Shown: piece by piece, positions 9,101 through 18,949 of the stretch
How the letters are laid out: each line of letters opens with the position of its first letter
Numbering within the stretch: position 1 is the stretch's first letter
DNA from: a virus
Strand: one strand, 5' to 3'
IMG/VR virus record: IMGVR_UViG_3300031576_000037
Location: 2,959 to 66,958 of that record
DNA length: 64,000 nucleotides
Position numbers and translations under genes: made by a program
The notes under the pieces: generated by a model
The model's input: only the letters and a program-made list of their open reading frames with translations
Database searches by the model: none
Told to the model about the DNA's origin: nothing

Positions 9101-12100
9101 CAGGTGCTTGCTGATCAGGACTTGTCCGTCTTTGATTGCCCGGATGGTCTTGCTTGCCGGCGTCCATAAGACCTCATCAACTTGTTTGCTCAGGTCGGAT
9201 CGCTCGGCCTGCGTCTCTCCCGTAGCCCACGCGATCTTGTCATATCCATTCTCGGCGCCATAACGCAGCATCCGCTTGAAGGCAAGTTCTGGCCAGGAGG
9301 TTTTGAAGGGAGCATCGGGGACACTACCACGAGCTTGCCCCGCTTCAAGCTTGGCCTGCTCGGAAACCAACTCGCGCTGCTCAGTTGCCAGTTTTTCACG
9401 CTCTTCAATCGGCGGAATTTTATCAAACCGATCTTGAATTTCTTCAAGTCGCTGATTGATAGACTTAATGCGCGCGGCCACGCCTGGCGCATACCCCCAT
9501 TTCCGTCCCGCCTGATGCCAATCGCTCTGAATCTCTTCGATAAATAGCGTCCGCTTCCCGCCTGCGTCCGTGCGCTCGTTAAAGCGAATATGGGCGAGGA
9601 CGTTGGACTCGCCCCAATGGGGAGATTGAAACGAAGGCCGACTTTTTTCCCATTCTTCCTGTTGCTGATCATTAAGCCGCTGAAGGGCGCTGGCGACGGC
9701 GGCCTCTTCGCTTGGATGTGAGCCGTAAAACGGACGCCCATGTACCTGCTCCGGCGGCAGAACATGCCAACGGGCATTTGGCGGCTGACTTGAATCAACG
9801 CCGACTCTGTAGCCGTCCGGTAATTGCGTAATACGCTCAGGGGGCTGCTCAGGTCTGATTTCCGGCATCGTCAGCAGCAATTCACGGTAACTGCCCTCTT
9901 CCGTGCCGGGAAGGGTAAGTTGCGAATATTTCGTGTCGCCGCTAGTTGCCCTGTCAGCCACTTGCTGCGCCTCTTCGAGCGAGCCTGTCTCAAGCGGCTC
10001 ACCGCGTAACGCTATTCCTGCGGTCTGCCAAACGTTATTACCCCGGCGAATAGCTATTGAGTTGTCTTCGTTGTACCAGGTATCACCATCCTGATGCCAT
10101 TGGTGCGCACGGATACCATGCGTTACTTCCTGTACTGTTACCTGATTCGCCCGCACAAAATCCAGCACGTCCTGCTTTGTGACGTTCGCCTGCGGTCGCA
10201 GCCATTCGGCTAGACCGAGCCAGTCCAACTCTTCTTTCTTCACGCCGTTCTGCGGATTCGTGGCGATAGCGAGAGCCTGCGCGCCGCTGGCTTTATTCGG
10301 CATCTTCTGTTCAATCACGCGCTCAAGCTGACTGTAGAAACCTGGCGCTCGCTCCCGCTCTGGAAGCGGTTTCCGTGCGCCTGCCGCCGCCTCCGGCTCA
10401 TCCCCCTGCTCCCGCTTCCGCAATCCCCCCTCGTCCACCTTGACCGTCGCCCCGTCGCTCGGATCGTAGACCATTACCTTGCCGCGGCGGTCGTAGCCCC
10501 GGACCGTGCCGCGCAATGTGGTCTTGCCCTCAGTCCATTCCACTTTATCGCCGTGCGCGAATGGCTGGCCGGACTGAGGGGCAGCGGGGATTTCGTCGCT
10601 GATGAGGATGGCATTGGCGCGCTCCTGTTCAGGTGTGGGAGCCTGTTTTTCCACGTCCGCTTCGGTTTCTGCTGCTGCCTTTGTTTCAGCGCGAGTTTTG
10701 GGCTGAAGATCGGGATAGTCGGCGAGCACTTCGGCGGGTACGGGCCTGCCTTTGCGGAGAGCGTTTTCTACGCCGCGCCGTAATGCTTGGGCGCCAAACG
10801 CATTTAATAACTCAGTTTTATTGTAGTTTGGCGTACTCCACCAATCATTGACCTCCATATCAGCAGCCAGGATATGCTTAAAAACTCCATATGGTGATAG
10901 CTGCCTTTTCTGCTCAGGGGATAACGTTTGTCGCCTGGCGGCTTGTGGCACAGGTTGCCCGGTACGCTCCTCGTAAGCCTCGCGATATTGCGGGTGTTGC
11001 TTAATATTCGGATAGCGTGAGAGCACACGATGGGGTACGTTCTCGCCGCGTCCAACTGCCGCCGCGACCATGTTTTCGTGTTGCTGTCCATCCAGACGGG
11101 CTAATGTAGAACCTTGCCTGCGGCGCTCAGAGATATATTCATCACGCGACATCTCCCACGGCTCTTTCGCCGCTACCTTCCTTTCCGTCTCCCTTTCCTT
11201 CACAAACGCCGCATTCTGATTGCCCGCTGTCCGGGGATTCTGAATGACGTGCGGCTCGCCTTCGCCATCAAGCACACGCAGGTGTCCCTTCGCAACGCCG
11301 GATTGATCGGGCGCCTCGGTGACTGCGCCGAATTGAGTGTGCTGGATTTTGCGGCCTTCGGGCTGGGTGGGTTCGGGCTTGCCAAACGTGCCCGTACCGC
11401 GCTCTTCCTGTGCGCTTACGGAAACATCTCTTTCATCAATTCGTCTATCGCGGCCCTGGTTATCGCCCGCTTGCGCCTCAGCGCCTCTTCGTCCGGCACG
11501 GCCACGGGCTTCGTCAACAGCTTGCGTGAACCATTTGTCTGCGAAGTGCTGGCTGAGTCCGTGGTCTTTGGCAATGGCGGCGACAGAATCTTTAAGCCGT
11601 GCCTGTTCGCGTTTGGATTGCGGTTGTGTGGCATTGTCGAGAGTCCTCAGTAAGTTGTCTATCCTACCATCAACGATGAAATTTTGATATGAATTCTGCG
11701 ATTCCAGGAAATCAGCGACTGTTTCGCGGAACGTCTGTTTTAAGCTGTCGCTGATTTCCCCGCCCCTCTGTCTCGCCGCAATTTGCAGCCGCCGGTACGC
11801 ACCCCGCAGGTCGTCCAGGTCAAGTTCCGAAGATCGCGGTTTATCACCTTTCTCGGCCAGCGCGTTGAGCGTGTCCTGTGCGGCGGTTGTCCACTCAGGA
11901 TTTACCGCGCCACCCTCTTCACTCAGGTAATAGGACGGCATCGGTGGCAGGTCAAGTAGCTCACGTAATTCAGGATGTTCGGCTAGCGCGGGGAGAGTAC
12001 GCCCGGTGTTCATTTTATGCGCCCGCTCTGCAAACTTGCCGAAGACGCCCTTGTGTGCGGCTTCCCGTTCCTGTGTCCGACGGGCGATTTGCTGCCCCTG

Positions 12101-15100
12101 GCGTTCGACCAGGGTCTGGGCGCGACGCTCAACGGCAGATTGAGTTTCAGCGGCAGTTTCTGCCTGTTTCGCCTGATCGAAGAAATCGCCGACTTCGCGC
12201 AACGCACCGGTCGTTCCCTCTGAAATCTCACTTGGCTCTGTGATGCCCTGCGCTGGTGTTTGCGGCCCCGCTGTGACGTTTTCCATAGAGGAAGGCAGTG
12301 GTTGTGACGGCCCCGCTTCCGGGGGCAGATTCCCGTAATACTCCGCCTCTTCCTCTGTCAATCGCCGCTCAAGTCCGCGCGTGTCAACCCGCCCTTCCTT
12401 GCCGGACTCGCGCAGGTAGTCCAGCACGTCGTTCTCGGTCACACTGCGATCAGTGAATGGCCGTCCATCCGGCAGCGTGAAGCCGCCCTCATCGAGCATC
12501 ACTTGCACGTCGCTGAGCGGCACGCCGCCCTCGCGCCGCACCAGGCCGACAATGCCTGCCTCTTTCGCCCCCAGCATCGCCCGCTCACCAGCATCGGACA
12601 CACGGATGCCCTTCCCGCCTGTTTTACGCTTCAGGTATTCAATCGGCGAGAGTTGGCCGGTCGGCTTGCGGCGCGGCTGCGGCTGCGCTTGCTGCGCGGC
12701 TTCCTGCTGTCTGACCAACTCGCCGAACTTACCGCTCGGAGATTCGGGCGCTGCTGGTACGCCGCCTGCGGGATTCATCACTGAGCCGAGTAATGGCGCG
12801 GATGGCGGGGTTTGCGGCTGCGGCACAGTCAATTCCCGCGTCGGCGCGGCCTCCATCCTCTGCTGCACGCGCTGCGTCTCCCGTTGCTGAGCCGCCGCTC
12901 TCCGGGCATTGGTCATCGCCTGCCCCCGGTTGCCCGCCGCCGTGCCGATCTCGCGGTCAATCGCGTCCTGGGCGGCAACGGCCTCCGGCGACTGCGGACG
13001 CCCCATTGTCCGGCGCAGGGATTTCAGATGGCGATGCGCCAGCTCATAGGCTCGTGCAGCTTCCGCAAAGCGCCCGGCTCGCTCGTGCTCGGCGGCTTCG
13101 ATCTTCGCGTCATCGGCGGCGGCGCGTAGGGCGCCAGTGGTGGTTGGCGCAGCTTCCCCGGTTTGGGGCGCGACTACCCCAGTCAGAGGCTCGGTTTCCG
13201 CCTGAATTGTTCCACGCGCTGGCTGCGCTCTCTCAGGGGCTTCCAGAGGTGCGGTAACTGGCGGCTGCGCCGTGATTTGCTGCTTGGCTAGCTCAATTGC
13301 CGCAGACCGTGAAACGTTGCTCGGATGTTCCACAAAGTGTTTCACGCCGTCTACCGTAACCGTCGTCAACGCGCGGCCCTTCGCCGGCGTCTCCGGCGTC
13401 TCGCCCGGCTCGTAAACCCGAATGCCCGGCTGCGCTGCTGGCTCGGCTGTCTCAGCCTGTGGCTTCCTGCCAAGCGCCGCGAGCCTTTCGGCGGCCTGGG
13501 TGAGCCGTCCGGTGGTTCCAGCCTGGGCGGGGGGCTGCGCTGCTTCTTGCTGCGCCAGGAACTCAGTCGGAGTCGGGATTACATCGGGAGCGCCTGCCGC
13601 TTCCGCCTGCTGGCGAAATTCGGCTGTGCGGGTAGTTTGCGGGAGATTGGTGATCCGGGTTTCGACGCCGGCTCGCTCAGGCGCGACGGGACGAATAGGT
13701 AACCGGGTGAGCGGCGTTTGGGGTTCGGCGCGGACGGCCTGAATATCCTGTTGACGCTGCGCGCCCGCCCTCGCCGCGCTCAATCCCTGCATTCCCCCGC
13801 CGAGGATGCCGCCAAGTACGGCGGCTTCGATTACCCCGCGCGAGGCCGGGCGGCTCGGATCATACCCGCCAACCATGGCGGCGTTGATGTTATTCAGGTA
13901 TTCCTGTAGCCCTTCTTGGCCCGCCTCTTCCATGATGTTCACCGCGCGATGAATAAACGCCTGTTTCAGCCCGAACTTATTCAACATGCGTCCAATGCCC
14001 AGCGCCTCGGTCAGTCCGGTTGCGCCCGCCATCGCAATCGCCCGGTCGCGTTTCGCCGGATCAACGCCAGCATTCTCCATCTCGCGTGCGATCTCTCCGG
14101 CATTCATTGCCGCGCCGAGCATGGCGGCAGTTTTTGCGCCGCCGCCAGCCAGACCGCCAGCCACAAATGGAACCAATGATCCTGCTGCGCGTGGAATCTT
14201 GGCCGTCACCCAACTTTGATTTGACGGGTCTATCGGAGTTGCGGCTTCGATTGCCTGCTCGACCGGACGCATAACTGGGCGTACCTTCTCGGCCAAGCGC
14301 AACTCATCGCCTTGACCGCCCAATCCTATTGCAGAGAGCACTGGTGTGCCGATACGACGATCTATCAGATCGGCCAACTCCGCTACGCCCGTCGGGATGC
14401 GCGCCAAACCAGTGCCCGCCGCCCGCAGGAATTGATTCGTTGGCTCGCTGACCGAGCGCGGAATCCAGGGCGACGACTCGCTTGCTGTTATCGGAGATGG
14501 TTTGGCAGTGATTGGCGGCGCAGACGGCTGTTGTTCATACCACCGCATCAGGTCAGGCGCGGCAGTTTGTGGCGGTGAAACTGGTTTGGGTTTTCGCGCA
14601 GGCGTCAGGGGCACAGCAGGCGAGGCGGAATAAGGCTGCGCTGAGGGCTTCGGCGATGGCACAGACGGGGGCTGCTCCCAGAAACGCATCAGGCCGTCCC
14701 TGGGTTCCGTTGTGGCTGATGCCGCTTCCATCTCTTTCAGGAATTCAGTCGGGCTTTGCGGCTGAGCATAAGCCCGCGTCTCAGCGTAAGGCGGCACTCC
14801 ACCATACTTTCGCACGGCTCCCGGCCCCGCATTGTAGGCCGCTTTCGCTTTTGTCCAGTCGCCGCCGAAATCGTCCAGCTGCCTTTTCAGGTAGGTCAGT
14901 CCACCGGTGATATTCTGGTCGAGGTCTTCAGGGTCAACCTTCAGTTCCTTTGCAGTGCCAGGCATCAACTGCATAGCGCCGATGGCTCCTGCCGACGAGC
15001 GCCGCTTACCGGAGATGACAGCGGGGCTGTGGCCGCTCTCCCGCCTGAACACGTCACGCGCCAGCTCGCGCGGCACGCCGAGCCGGTCGGCCTCCGTGTC

Positions 15101-15172
15101 CACGCGCTCTTTGGCGTAGTCAACGAGGAACTGCGACGGTCTGGGCCGTTTTGGTTGTTGTCCCTGTGGCAT
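6119..15172 (-). CDS. Giant virion ejection / polyvalent protein with N-terminal lytic transglycosylase (SLT)
   Basis: RRESG..GAIGAMQLMPGT..AAYNAGPG (SLT); GFYSQLE..GVKKEEL and IEEIQSDWHQ blocks seen in large phage ejection proteins; HELSH zincin-like motif. 3017 aa, last gene of the late operon. Confidence 0.85.
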   Translation of the reverse strand: MPQGQQPKRPRPSQFLVDYAKERVDTEADRLGVPRELARDVFRRESGHSPAVISGKRRSSAGAIGAMQLMPGTAKELKVDPEDLDQNITGGLTYLKRQLDDFGGDWTKAKAAYNAGPGAVRKYGGVPPYAETRAYAQPQSPTEFLKEMEAASATTEPRDGLMRFWEQPPSVPSPKPSAQPYSASPAVPLTPARKPKPVSPPQTAAPDLMRWYEQQPSAPPITAKPSPITASESSPWIPRSVSEPTNQFLRAAGTGLARIPTGVAELADLIDRRIGTPVLSAIGLGGQGDELRLAEKVRPVMRPVEQAIEAATPIDPSNQSWVTAKIPRAAGSLVPFVAGGLAGGGAKTAAMLGAAMNAGEIAREMENAGVDPAKRDRAIAMAGATGLTEALGIGRMLNKFGLKQAFIHRAVNIMEEAGQEGLQEYLNNINAAMVGGYDPSRPASRGVIEAAVLGGILGGGMQGLSAARAGAQRQQDIQAVRAEPQTPLTRLPIRPVAPERAGVETRITNLPQTTRTAEFRQQAEAAGAPDVIPTPTEFLAQQEAAQPPAQAGTTGRLTQAAERLAALGRKPQAETAEPAAQPGIRVYEPGETPETPAKGRALTTVTVDGVKHFVEHPSNVSRSAAIELAKQQITAQPPVTAPLEAPERAQPARGTIQAETEPLTGVVAPQTGEAAPTTTGALRAAADDAKIEAAEHERAGRFAEAARAYELAHRHLKSLRRTMGRPQSPEAVAAQDAIDREIGTAAGNRGQAMTNARRAAAQQRETQRVQQRMEAAPTRELTVPQPQTPPSAPLLGSVMNPAGGVPAAPESPSGKFGELVRQQEAAQQAQPQPRRKPTGQLSPIEYLKRKTGGKGIRVSDAGERAMLGAKEAGIVGLVRREGGVPLSDVQVMLDEGGFTLPDGRPFTDRSVTENDVLDYLRESGKEGRVDTRGLERRLTEEEAEYYGNLPPEAGPSQPLPSSMENVTAGPQTPAQGITEPSEISEGTTGALREVGDFFDQAKQAETAAETQSAVERRAQTLVERQGQQIARRTQEREAAHKGVFGKFAERAHKMNTGRTLPALAEHPELRELLDLPPMPSYYLSEEGGAVNPEWTTAAQDTLNALAEKGDKPRSSELDLDDLRGAYRRLQIAARQRGGEISDSLKQTFRETVADFLESQNSYQNFIVDGRIDNLLRTLDNATQPQSKREQARLKDSVAAIAKDHGLSQHFADKWFTQAVDEARGRAGRRGAEAQAGDNQGRDRRIDERDVSVSAQEERGTGTFGKPEPTQPEGRKIQHTQFGAVTEAPDQSGVAKGHLRVLDGEGEPHVIQNPRTAGNQNAAFVKERETERKVAAKEPWEMSRDEYISERRRQGSTLARLDGQQHENMVAAAVGRGENVPHRVLSRYPNIKQHPQYREAYEERTGQPVPQAARRQTLSPEQKRQLSPYGVFKHILAADMEVNDWWSTPNYNKTELLNAFGAQALRRGVENALRKGRPVPAEVLADYPDLQPKTRAETKAAAETEADVEKQAPTPEQERANAILISDEIPAAPQSGQPFAHGDKVEWTEGKTTLRGTVRGYDRRGKVMVYDPSDGATVKVDEGGLRKREQGDEPEAAAGARKPLPERERAPGFYSQLERVIEQKMPNKASGAQALAIATNPQNGVKKEELDWLGLAEWLRPQANVTKQDVLDFVRANQVTVQEVTHGIRAHQWHQDGDTWYNEDNSIAIRRGNNVWQTAGIALRGEPLETGSLEEAQQVADRATSGDTKYSQLTLPGTEEGSYRELLLTMPEIRPEQPPERITQLPDGYRVGVDSSQPPNARWHVLPPEQVHGRPFYGSHPSEEAAVASALQRLNDQQQEEWEKSRPSFQSPHWGESNVLAHIRFNERTDAGGKRTLFIEEIQSDWHQAGRKWGYAPGVAARIKSINQRLEEIQDRFDKIPPIEEREKLATEQRELVSEQAKLEAGQARGSVPDAPFKTSWPELAFKRMLRYGAENGYDKIAWATGETQAERSDLSKQVDEVLWTPASKTIRAIKDGQVLISKHLQDESGLPDVVGKEVAERLLRQQPDQFATRQYGEGQDTLALGGVDLKVGGEGMRGFYDQILPSFVNRYVKKWGIKVEQGSVPTERIESAAGEWVVIKENQIVNRFGADEAAAKQYARQVDGTEMREPEQRYAAVHSVTITPAMRDSVMQGQPLFQREPRTSDFQPAPLSDAQSATDIATNTRTRSSKSESRANVIYGNEQAHFWIDRAEHLLQLRKAKERGETYQHTPIYGANLSADEAYEFADAIRTEKNSWRNKPEAERAAADAQIEALARALEETADQYGRVLYIAGTRGFSETRRTVYHELSHNAERQYKTTQGWFDAQPQADKLSQALARSGYHPDQYTSETIAHVLGGQYDKLGLTLDEATSWLNEYMENISFRTERRAPESFEPLHATPEMRAALRQAKEKHGRRPEYRPGGETIQGIVQRNAAAGTGGAVAGRPLRSRGAGEEGTKEGRETGAAETPRTAGADKAGTRPIFSLGALPGEAPGGQVLGAFGGVFQGRKTRPKAPLPKVPLPTGWDIAQWAQGMSAKLANTTFTPKQNQKLNDLINEVIDATNTNDGARLFAAREEMARSFGEKFKAGDIAAAPRTFLGGLDLSFAFRQGGFYNLPGLVFRPVKTARLLRSGLSAMKSGNFARLNAEIGADPRAVEMRKAGLHLINQVKVEHGNRLSDREDGYISRAMQNIPLYKQTERGNTTLLDMLRAAKYNEHADYMARRGATFDSNPEAYKQMADWVNISTGRGSFGDYEGAVPFLANFLWSPRWVMSRIQMLNPARYVKADPAFRGKMLGDLAQHVLVLGAALGAAAAAGAAGFPITVGSDPDDADFGKVVINGRYHYDLTGGMQQYAVFATRMFQAAKARATAKTERDRRAAIGHMINTMKRFARGKSSPVAGLAADWLTGENYRGKPVTMTDALLERATPIMARDLYDAYRTAGGGALGAAWAIPAFGGFGVSSYQAGAKPKRTTQSPVGLEKPKRTAPSAKRAPVGLEGK

Positions 15173-15175
15173 TGG

Positions 15176-16777
15176 CTATTGCTGCACCTTAAGACCGTCG
15201 TTCTCAAATGCTTTTTGCGCATCAGCAAAGCTCAGGTTATATCGGTCGGCATACTTTTGCACGGTTGCGCGCGACACAGGGCGTCCGCCGCCTTGTGGGG
15301 CGGCACGCTGTGGCACTGGCTGTCCGCCGCTCGACCCTTGCGCTTGCGGAATCCCCTTGACGTAATTCCAGCCCGAGCCAGCCGGGTCTTCGCCGGTCTC
15401 GAAATATCTTCCATGTGTCTGGCCGAGGGCCTTGGCGGCTGAATTGTATTGAGTCTGCGCGCGCTGCGCAGCGATCTTTAACTGCTCGTTATCGTATGCG
15501 TTTTGCGCATCAGTCTTATCTGGGTTCTTCTGGAAGCCGCGCCACGCCGCCCACGCGCCGTCGGCGTTGGCCTTCAGCTCCGTTACGCGATTGGCTGCGG
15601 TCGCGGCCTGTGCGGGGATGCCTTTCTCGGCGGCTTCCTTCGGATCGAACTTCACGTCCCAGCTCTTTGTCACCGGATTCCAAATGCCTTCACGAGTGCT
15701 GATCGCCCCCGGCGGTTTTGTTTCGGCAAACCTCGGCGCCCCCTTAAGCGGCTGCTTTGTCGCTGGATCGCGCACTAATTCATCCGTTTCACCATCGCGT
15801 AAGAACCCCTCTGCATCTATGTATCTGGTACGTGCTCGCGGCTGCGGCGGCGGCTTCGGACGTCTCCGTTCTTCAGCCCGCGCCTTATACTCGTCGGCTC
15901 GCGCTGCGCGCTCTGCTCTCCTGGCCCGCATTTCATCGGGAAAGTCTTTCCATTCCTCTTCCAGCATCCCCGTCCGCGCCGCCCTTGCCCGCCGTTCCGC
16001 TTCCTCTTGTTCCTGTTGGCTCCGTCGCTGCTGGTCGGCCACCAGGCGCGGCTCCTGCGTTGTGCGAAACAAGTATTCCCGCCCCGTCGTCGGGCTGATC
16101 GTCGTGCCCACGCCGCCAGTCGCCGCGCCGCCCAGGAAGCGCGCCAGCATATTCGGGTCGTTCGGATTGGCGTTGACCGCCTCCGCGCCGCCCGCCAATG
16201 TAGCGAGCAGAATGTCCTTCCAATTGCGCTTCACCCCGGCAAAATTGCCCTGTTCGTCGAGTTTTTGTTTCTCCCGGATGAATTGATCGCGGCGAAAAGC
16301 CATTGGATCGCTGATTGGCTCGCCTCGATAATCACCCAGGGATGGCTCGAGGACTGGGCGCGGCTTGGCCATCTCCGGCATCACCCGGTCGAAGTCTTCC
16401 ATTGCCAGCCGCGAGGTCGCAGTCAGGTCAGGCGCTTCGCGCGGAGGAATCGGCTCAGGCAGGCGTTCAGGCGTGAACAGCAATGGCGTCGGACGGGCCG
16501 GAGCCGGCAGCGCAGTGGTCTCAGATGGGATAGGAAAAGGCACATCAGGAATGATGCCGCGCATAGCTGGGCGAGTCGGGTACGGCGTCGCTATCTCCGG
16601 CTCTGGCACTGGCACTGGCAGCGAACGGGTAGGGGGGATTGGGCCGCGATCAGATTCAGGTGTAATGAATGGGACAATGCCGCGCCGTTTCGCAACCGGA
16701 TTGACATCCCGCGCGGGCGCAGCTATGCCCTGATCAGCCAGACGCTTTCTTGCTGCTCGAATTAACGCACCAAACAT
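15176..16777 (-). CDS. Putative DNA ejection/internal virion protein
   Basis: Directly upstream of the giant protein; Pro-rich, Gly/Ala hydrophobic segment, coiled coil. Confidence 0.55.
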   Translation of the reverse strand: MFGALIRAARKRLADQGIAAPARDVNPVAKRRGIVPFITPESDRGPIPPTRSLPVPVPEPEIATPYPTRPAMRGIIPDVPFPIPSETTALPAPARPTPLLFTPERLPEPIPPREAPDLTATSRLAMEDFDRVMPEMAKPRPVLEPSLGDYRGEPISDPMAFRRDQFIREKQKLDEQGNFAGVKRNWKDILLATLAGGAEAVNANPNDPNMLARFLGGAATGGVGTTISPTTGREYLFRTTQEPRLVADQQRRSQQEQEEAERRARAARTGMLEEEWKDFPDEMRARRAERAARADEYKARAEERRRPKPPPQPRARTRYIDAEGFLRDGETDELVRDPATKQPLKGAPRFAETKPPGAISTREGIWNPVTKSWDVKFDPKEAAEKGIPAQAATAANRVTELKANADGAWAAWRGFQKNPDKTDAQNAYDNEQLKIAAQRAQTQYNSAAKALGQTHGRYFETGEDPAGSGWNYVKGIPQAQGSSGGQPVPQRAAPQGGGRPVSRATVQKYADRYNLSFADAQKAFENDGLKVQQ

Positions 16778-16787
16778 TTTGGTTCCT

Positions 16788-17255
16788 CTAGGGTTTTGCG
16801 GGCGGCGTGGCCTGCGGAGAGGCAGGCTTTTTGACCAGTTGAATCGGCTCAGTATCGAGCGGCGCGGCGTTCCTGAATTCGTATTTGTCCAGGTCTTCGG
16901 CTTTCACCCCATGCTTGGCCAGCGATTTCACCAAAGCCGCATTCAGGGCATTCTGCTCGCCTTTGGCCTGCTCTTCGAGCTTGGCCGCCTGCTCGCGCAG
17001 CGACCTGAGGTCATTCGCCAGCGTCAGCAGCCGCAATTGAATCAGCCGGAGTTTGTCGGTCTCTTCAGCGGTCAGCCTGACTTGTTCAGGCAAGGCAGCT
17101 TCGGGCTTGGCGGGTGCGGCTTTTTCAGTTGTGGGTTTGCCATTTTGCGGCGCTGGTTCCTGCGCCAGCACGATGGTGATAATGAATAGCCAGAAGCCCA
17201 ATACACCGAGTATCAGGCCAAGCTTAAGGAAGGAGAATTGGTTGTTAGTTTGCAT
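16788..17255 (-). CDS. Signal-peptide/membrane-anchored coiled-coil protein
   Basis: Hydrophobic N-terminus ending VLA-QE, then a coiled coil. Confidence 0.6.
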   Translation of the reverse strand: MQTNNQFSFLKLGLILGVLGFWLFIITIVLAQEPAPQNGKPTTEKAAPAKPEAALPEQVRLTAEETDKLRLIQLRLLTLANDLRSLREQAAKLEEQAKGEQNALNAALVKSLAKHGVKAEDLDKYEFRNAAPLDTEPIQLVKKPASPQATPPAKP

Positions 17256-17268
17256 TGATTGTCCCAGG

Positions 17269-18147
17269 TTACTTATTAATCACGAAGAACCCGACACTGG
17301 TCTCTGCCGCACATCCAGCAGTCAGGCTCACAGTGAAGCTACCCGAGGCTGGCACTACACTCTGAATCTGGCAGGTAGCATCATTGGTGCGTTTTACCGC
17401 AAAGACGATGGAGTTGGTTGTTACCAGTGAATTGGTCACTACCAATGATGAGGCGGCTGCGGCGAAGTTTATCGTGCCTGAAGGTTTGTTAATGGTTTGC
17501 GCCCCGGTCGTGCCGGAGGCGGTATTAGTCGCAGGCCACACCGGGAGAGCGTTTCCGGTGATGCGAAACGATTCCTGCGTCGCGGCACTATTGACGGTGT
17601 TGAAAACGATGTCGCTGGTGCGCGTGGCATCTGTCGCATTTGTCCAGACTGCATCCATCGCCGCCGCATCTCGATTGGCCGTCGTTGAACTTTCCAATCT
17701 AAACTGAAGCCGCGAGCCAAAACCCGCCGCTGGTGTTCCGGTCGAAGAGTGCTGCACGTCGAGCAGGATGTCGGCGGCGGCGGTTGTGGCGTTGTCAATT
17801 GAAATAGCAGGAGCCGAGACCGTGAATATGTGCGCCCCCGTCCACGTCGGCGCAATCGCCTGACTAAGCGCCGGAGCGCCATCCGAGCGCAGGAAGGTCG
17901 TGGCCGAGCCGTTGACGGCAGCAAGGCCAATGGTTGCAGTAGGGTTTGCGCCGCTGCCGCCGCCGGTTACGATTGTTGCGACTCGGCCATTTATCGTGAG
18001 TGTGCCATTACTGACCTCGATGGTAGTGATGCCATTCCGGCTGGGACTGCCGTCAATCTCTTTGGCGCGGAGCGGCGGCGTAGACTGAGCCAGCACCACG
18101 GAGTTCGCGGCGCACAAAAGAATCAGAATAATCAGTGCTTTTTGCAT
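17269..18147 (-). CDS. Tail-fibre-like protein with signal peptide
   Basis: MQKALIILILLCAANSVVLA-Q; shares KE(I/L)DGSP..VSNGTLT and RSD(G/A)APA..PTWTG modules with the 3187-aa protein. Confidence 0.65.
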   Translation of the reverse strand: MQKALIILILLCAANSVVLAQSTPPLRAKEIDGSPSRNGITTIEVSNGTLTINGRVATIVTGGGSGANPTATIGLAAVNGSATTFLRSDGAPALSQAIAPTWTGAHIFTVSAPAISIDNATTAAADILLDVQHSSTGTPAAGFGSRLQFRLESSTTANRDAAAMDAVWTNATDATRTSDIVFNTVNSAATQESFRITGNALPVWPATNTASGTTGAQTINKPSGTINFAAAASSLVVTNSLVTTNSIVFAVKRTNDATCQIQSVVPASGSFTVSLTAGCAAETSVGFFVINK

Positions 18148-18172
18148 TGGTGATCCTGGTTGGTTAAGGAAA

Positions 18173-18949
18173 TCAGAACCCTGTCACAGGCGAGAAGAAA
18201 TCGCCAGTGGTTGGCGCTCCTGCCGCTGCTATCGCCGGAAACCGCATCGCTCGCGGCTTGACAAACGCATAGGGATCGGCGTGCAGCCACTGCGCCTCTA
18301 ACAGGAGCAAAGGGCGGTTATAAAGGTAAATGTACTCACTGTCGTGCCAGGCCCGAAAACCAGTGGTGTTACTGGCCCGGAGAACTATTGCGCTCGCCGC
18401 GTCATCAGCCAGTGTGCCAGTGGCGTTGAAGTCCTCGACCCGGGTGGGGACTGCGCCATTAACATATAACTGGTATTCACTCCCGGCAATTCCACCATGA
18501 TGGGCAGCAACAATGGAATACCAGGTGTTGATGGCAGGCGTAAACCCGACCCGGTTGTAGCCGGTGGTGTAATTACGGCGGAAGTAGAGCGTATCAGGCG
18601 CGCCATTGACGATATGCACCCCGGCGAGCTTGATGAACAGGATACTCTGGTCAGTCAATCCCCCGGCATACCTCACCCTCATGGCATGGGACAGGCGAGG
18701 CATGGTGTTTACATCGGCGTGGGCCGGGATAGTCACCACCCCACCCGACAAGGCGAACCCGCCTGGCGATGCTACCCGGCTGACGGTCTGACTGAAGGCC
18801 AGCGCATAGCGACCGGTTAAATCAGCCCACTGATTGCCCCCGGGAGGGGTTACGAAAGCGTAGAGCAGTCCCTGCGCGAGGGGATGTCCCCAGTTGATTG
18901 CATCCCCGGGCTGTGCTTCCAGTTGTGAGCGTCGCTTGTTTCCAATCAT
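18173..18949 (-). CDS. LamG/concanavalin A-like virion protein
   Basis: INWGHPLAQGL, NTWYSIVAA..LYVNG, YLYNRPL; ATGA overlap with the upstream gene. Confidence 0.65.
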   Translation of the reverse strand: MIGNKRRSQLEAQPGDAINWGHPLAQGLLYAFVTPPGGNQWADLTGRYALAFSQTVSRVASPGGFALSGGVVTIPAHADVNTMPRLSHAMRVRYAGGLTDQSILFIKLAGVHIVNGAPDTLYFRRNYTTGYNRVGFTPAINTWYSIVAAHHGGIAGSEYQLYVNGAVPTRVEDFNATGTLADDAASAIVLRASNTTGFRAWHDSEYIYLYNRPLLLLEAQWLHADPYAFVKPRAMRFPAIAAAGAPTTGDFFSPVTGF

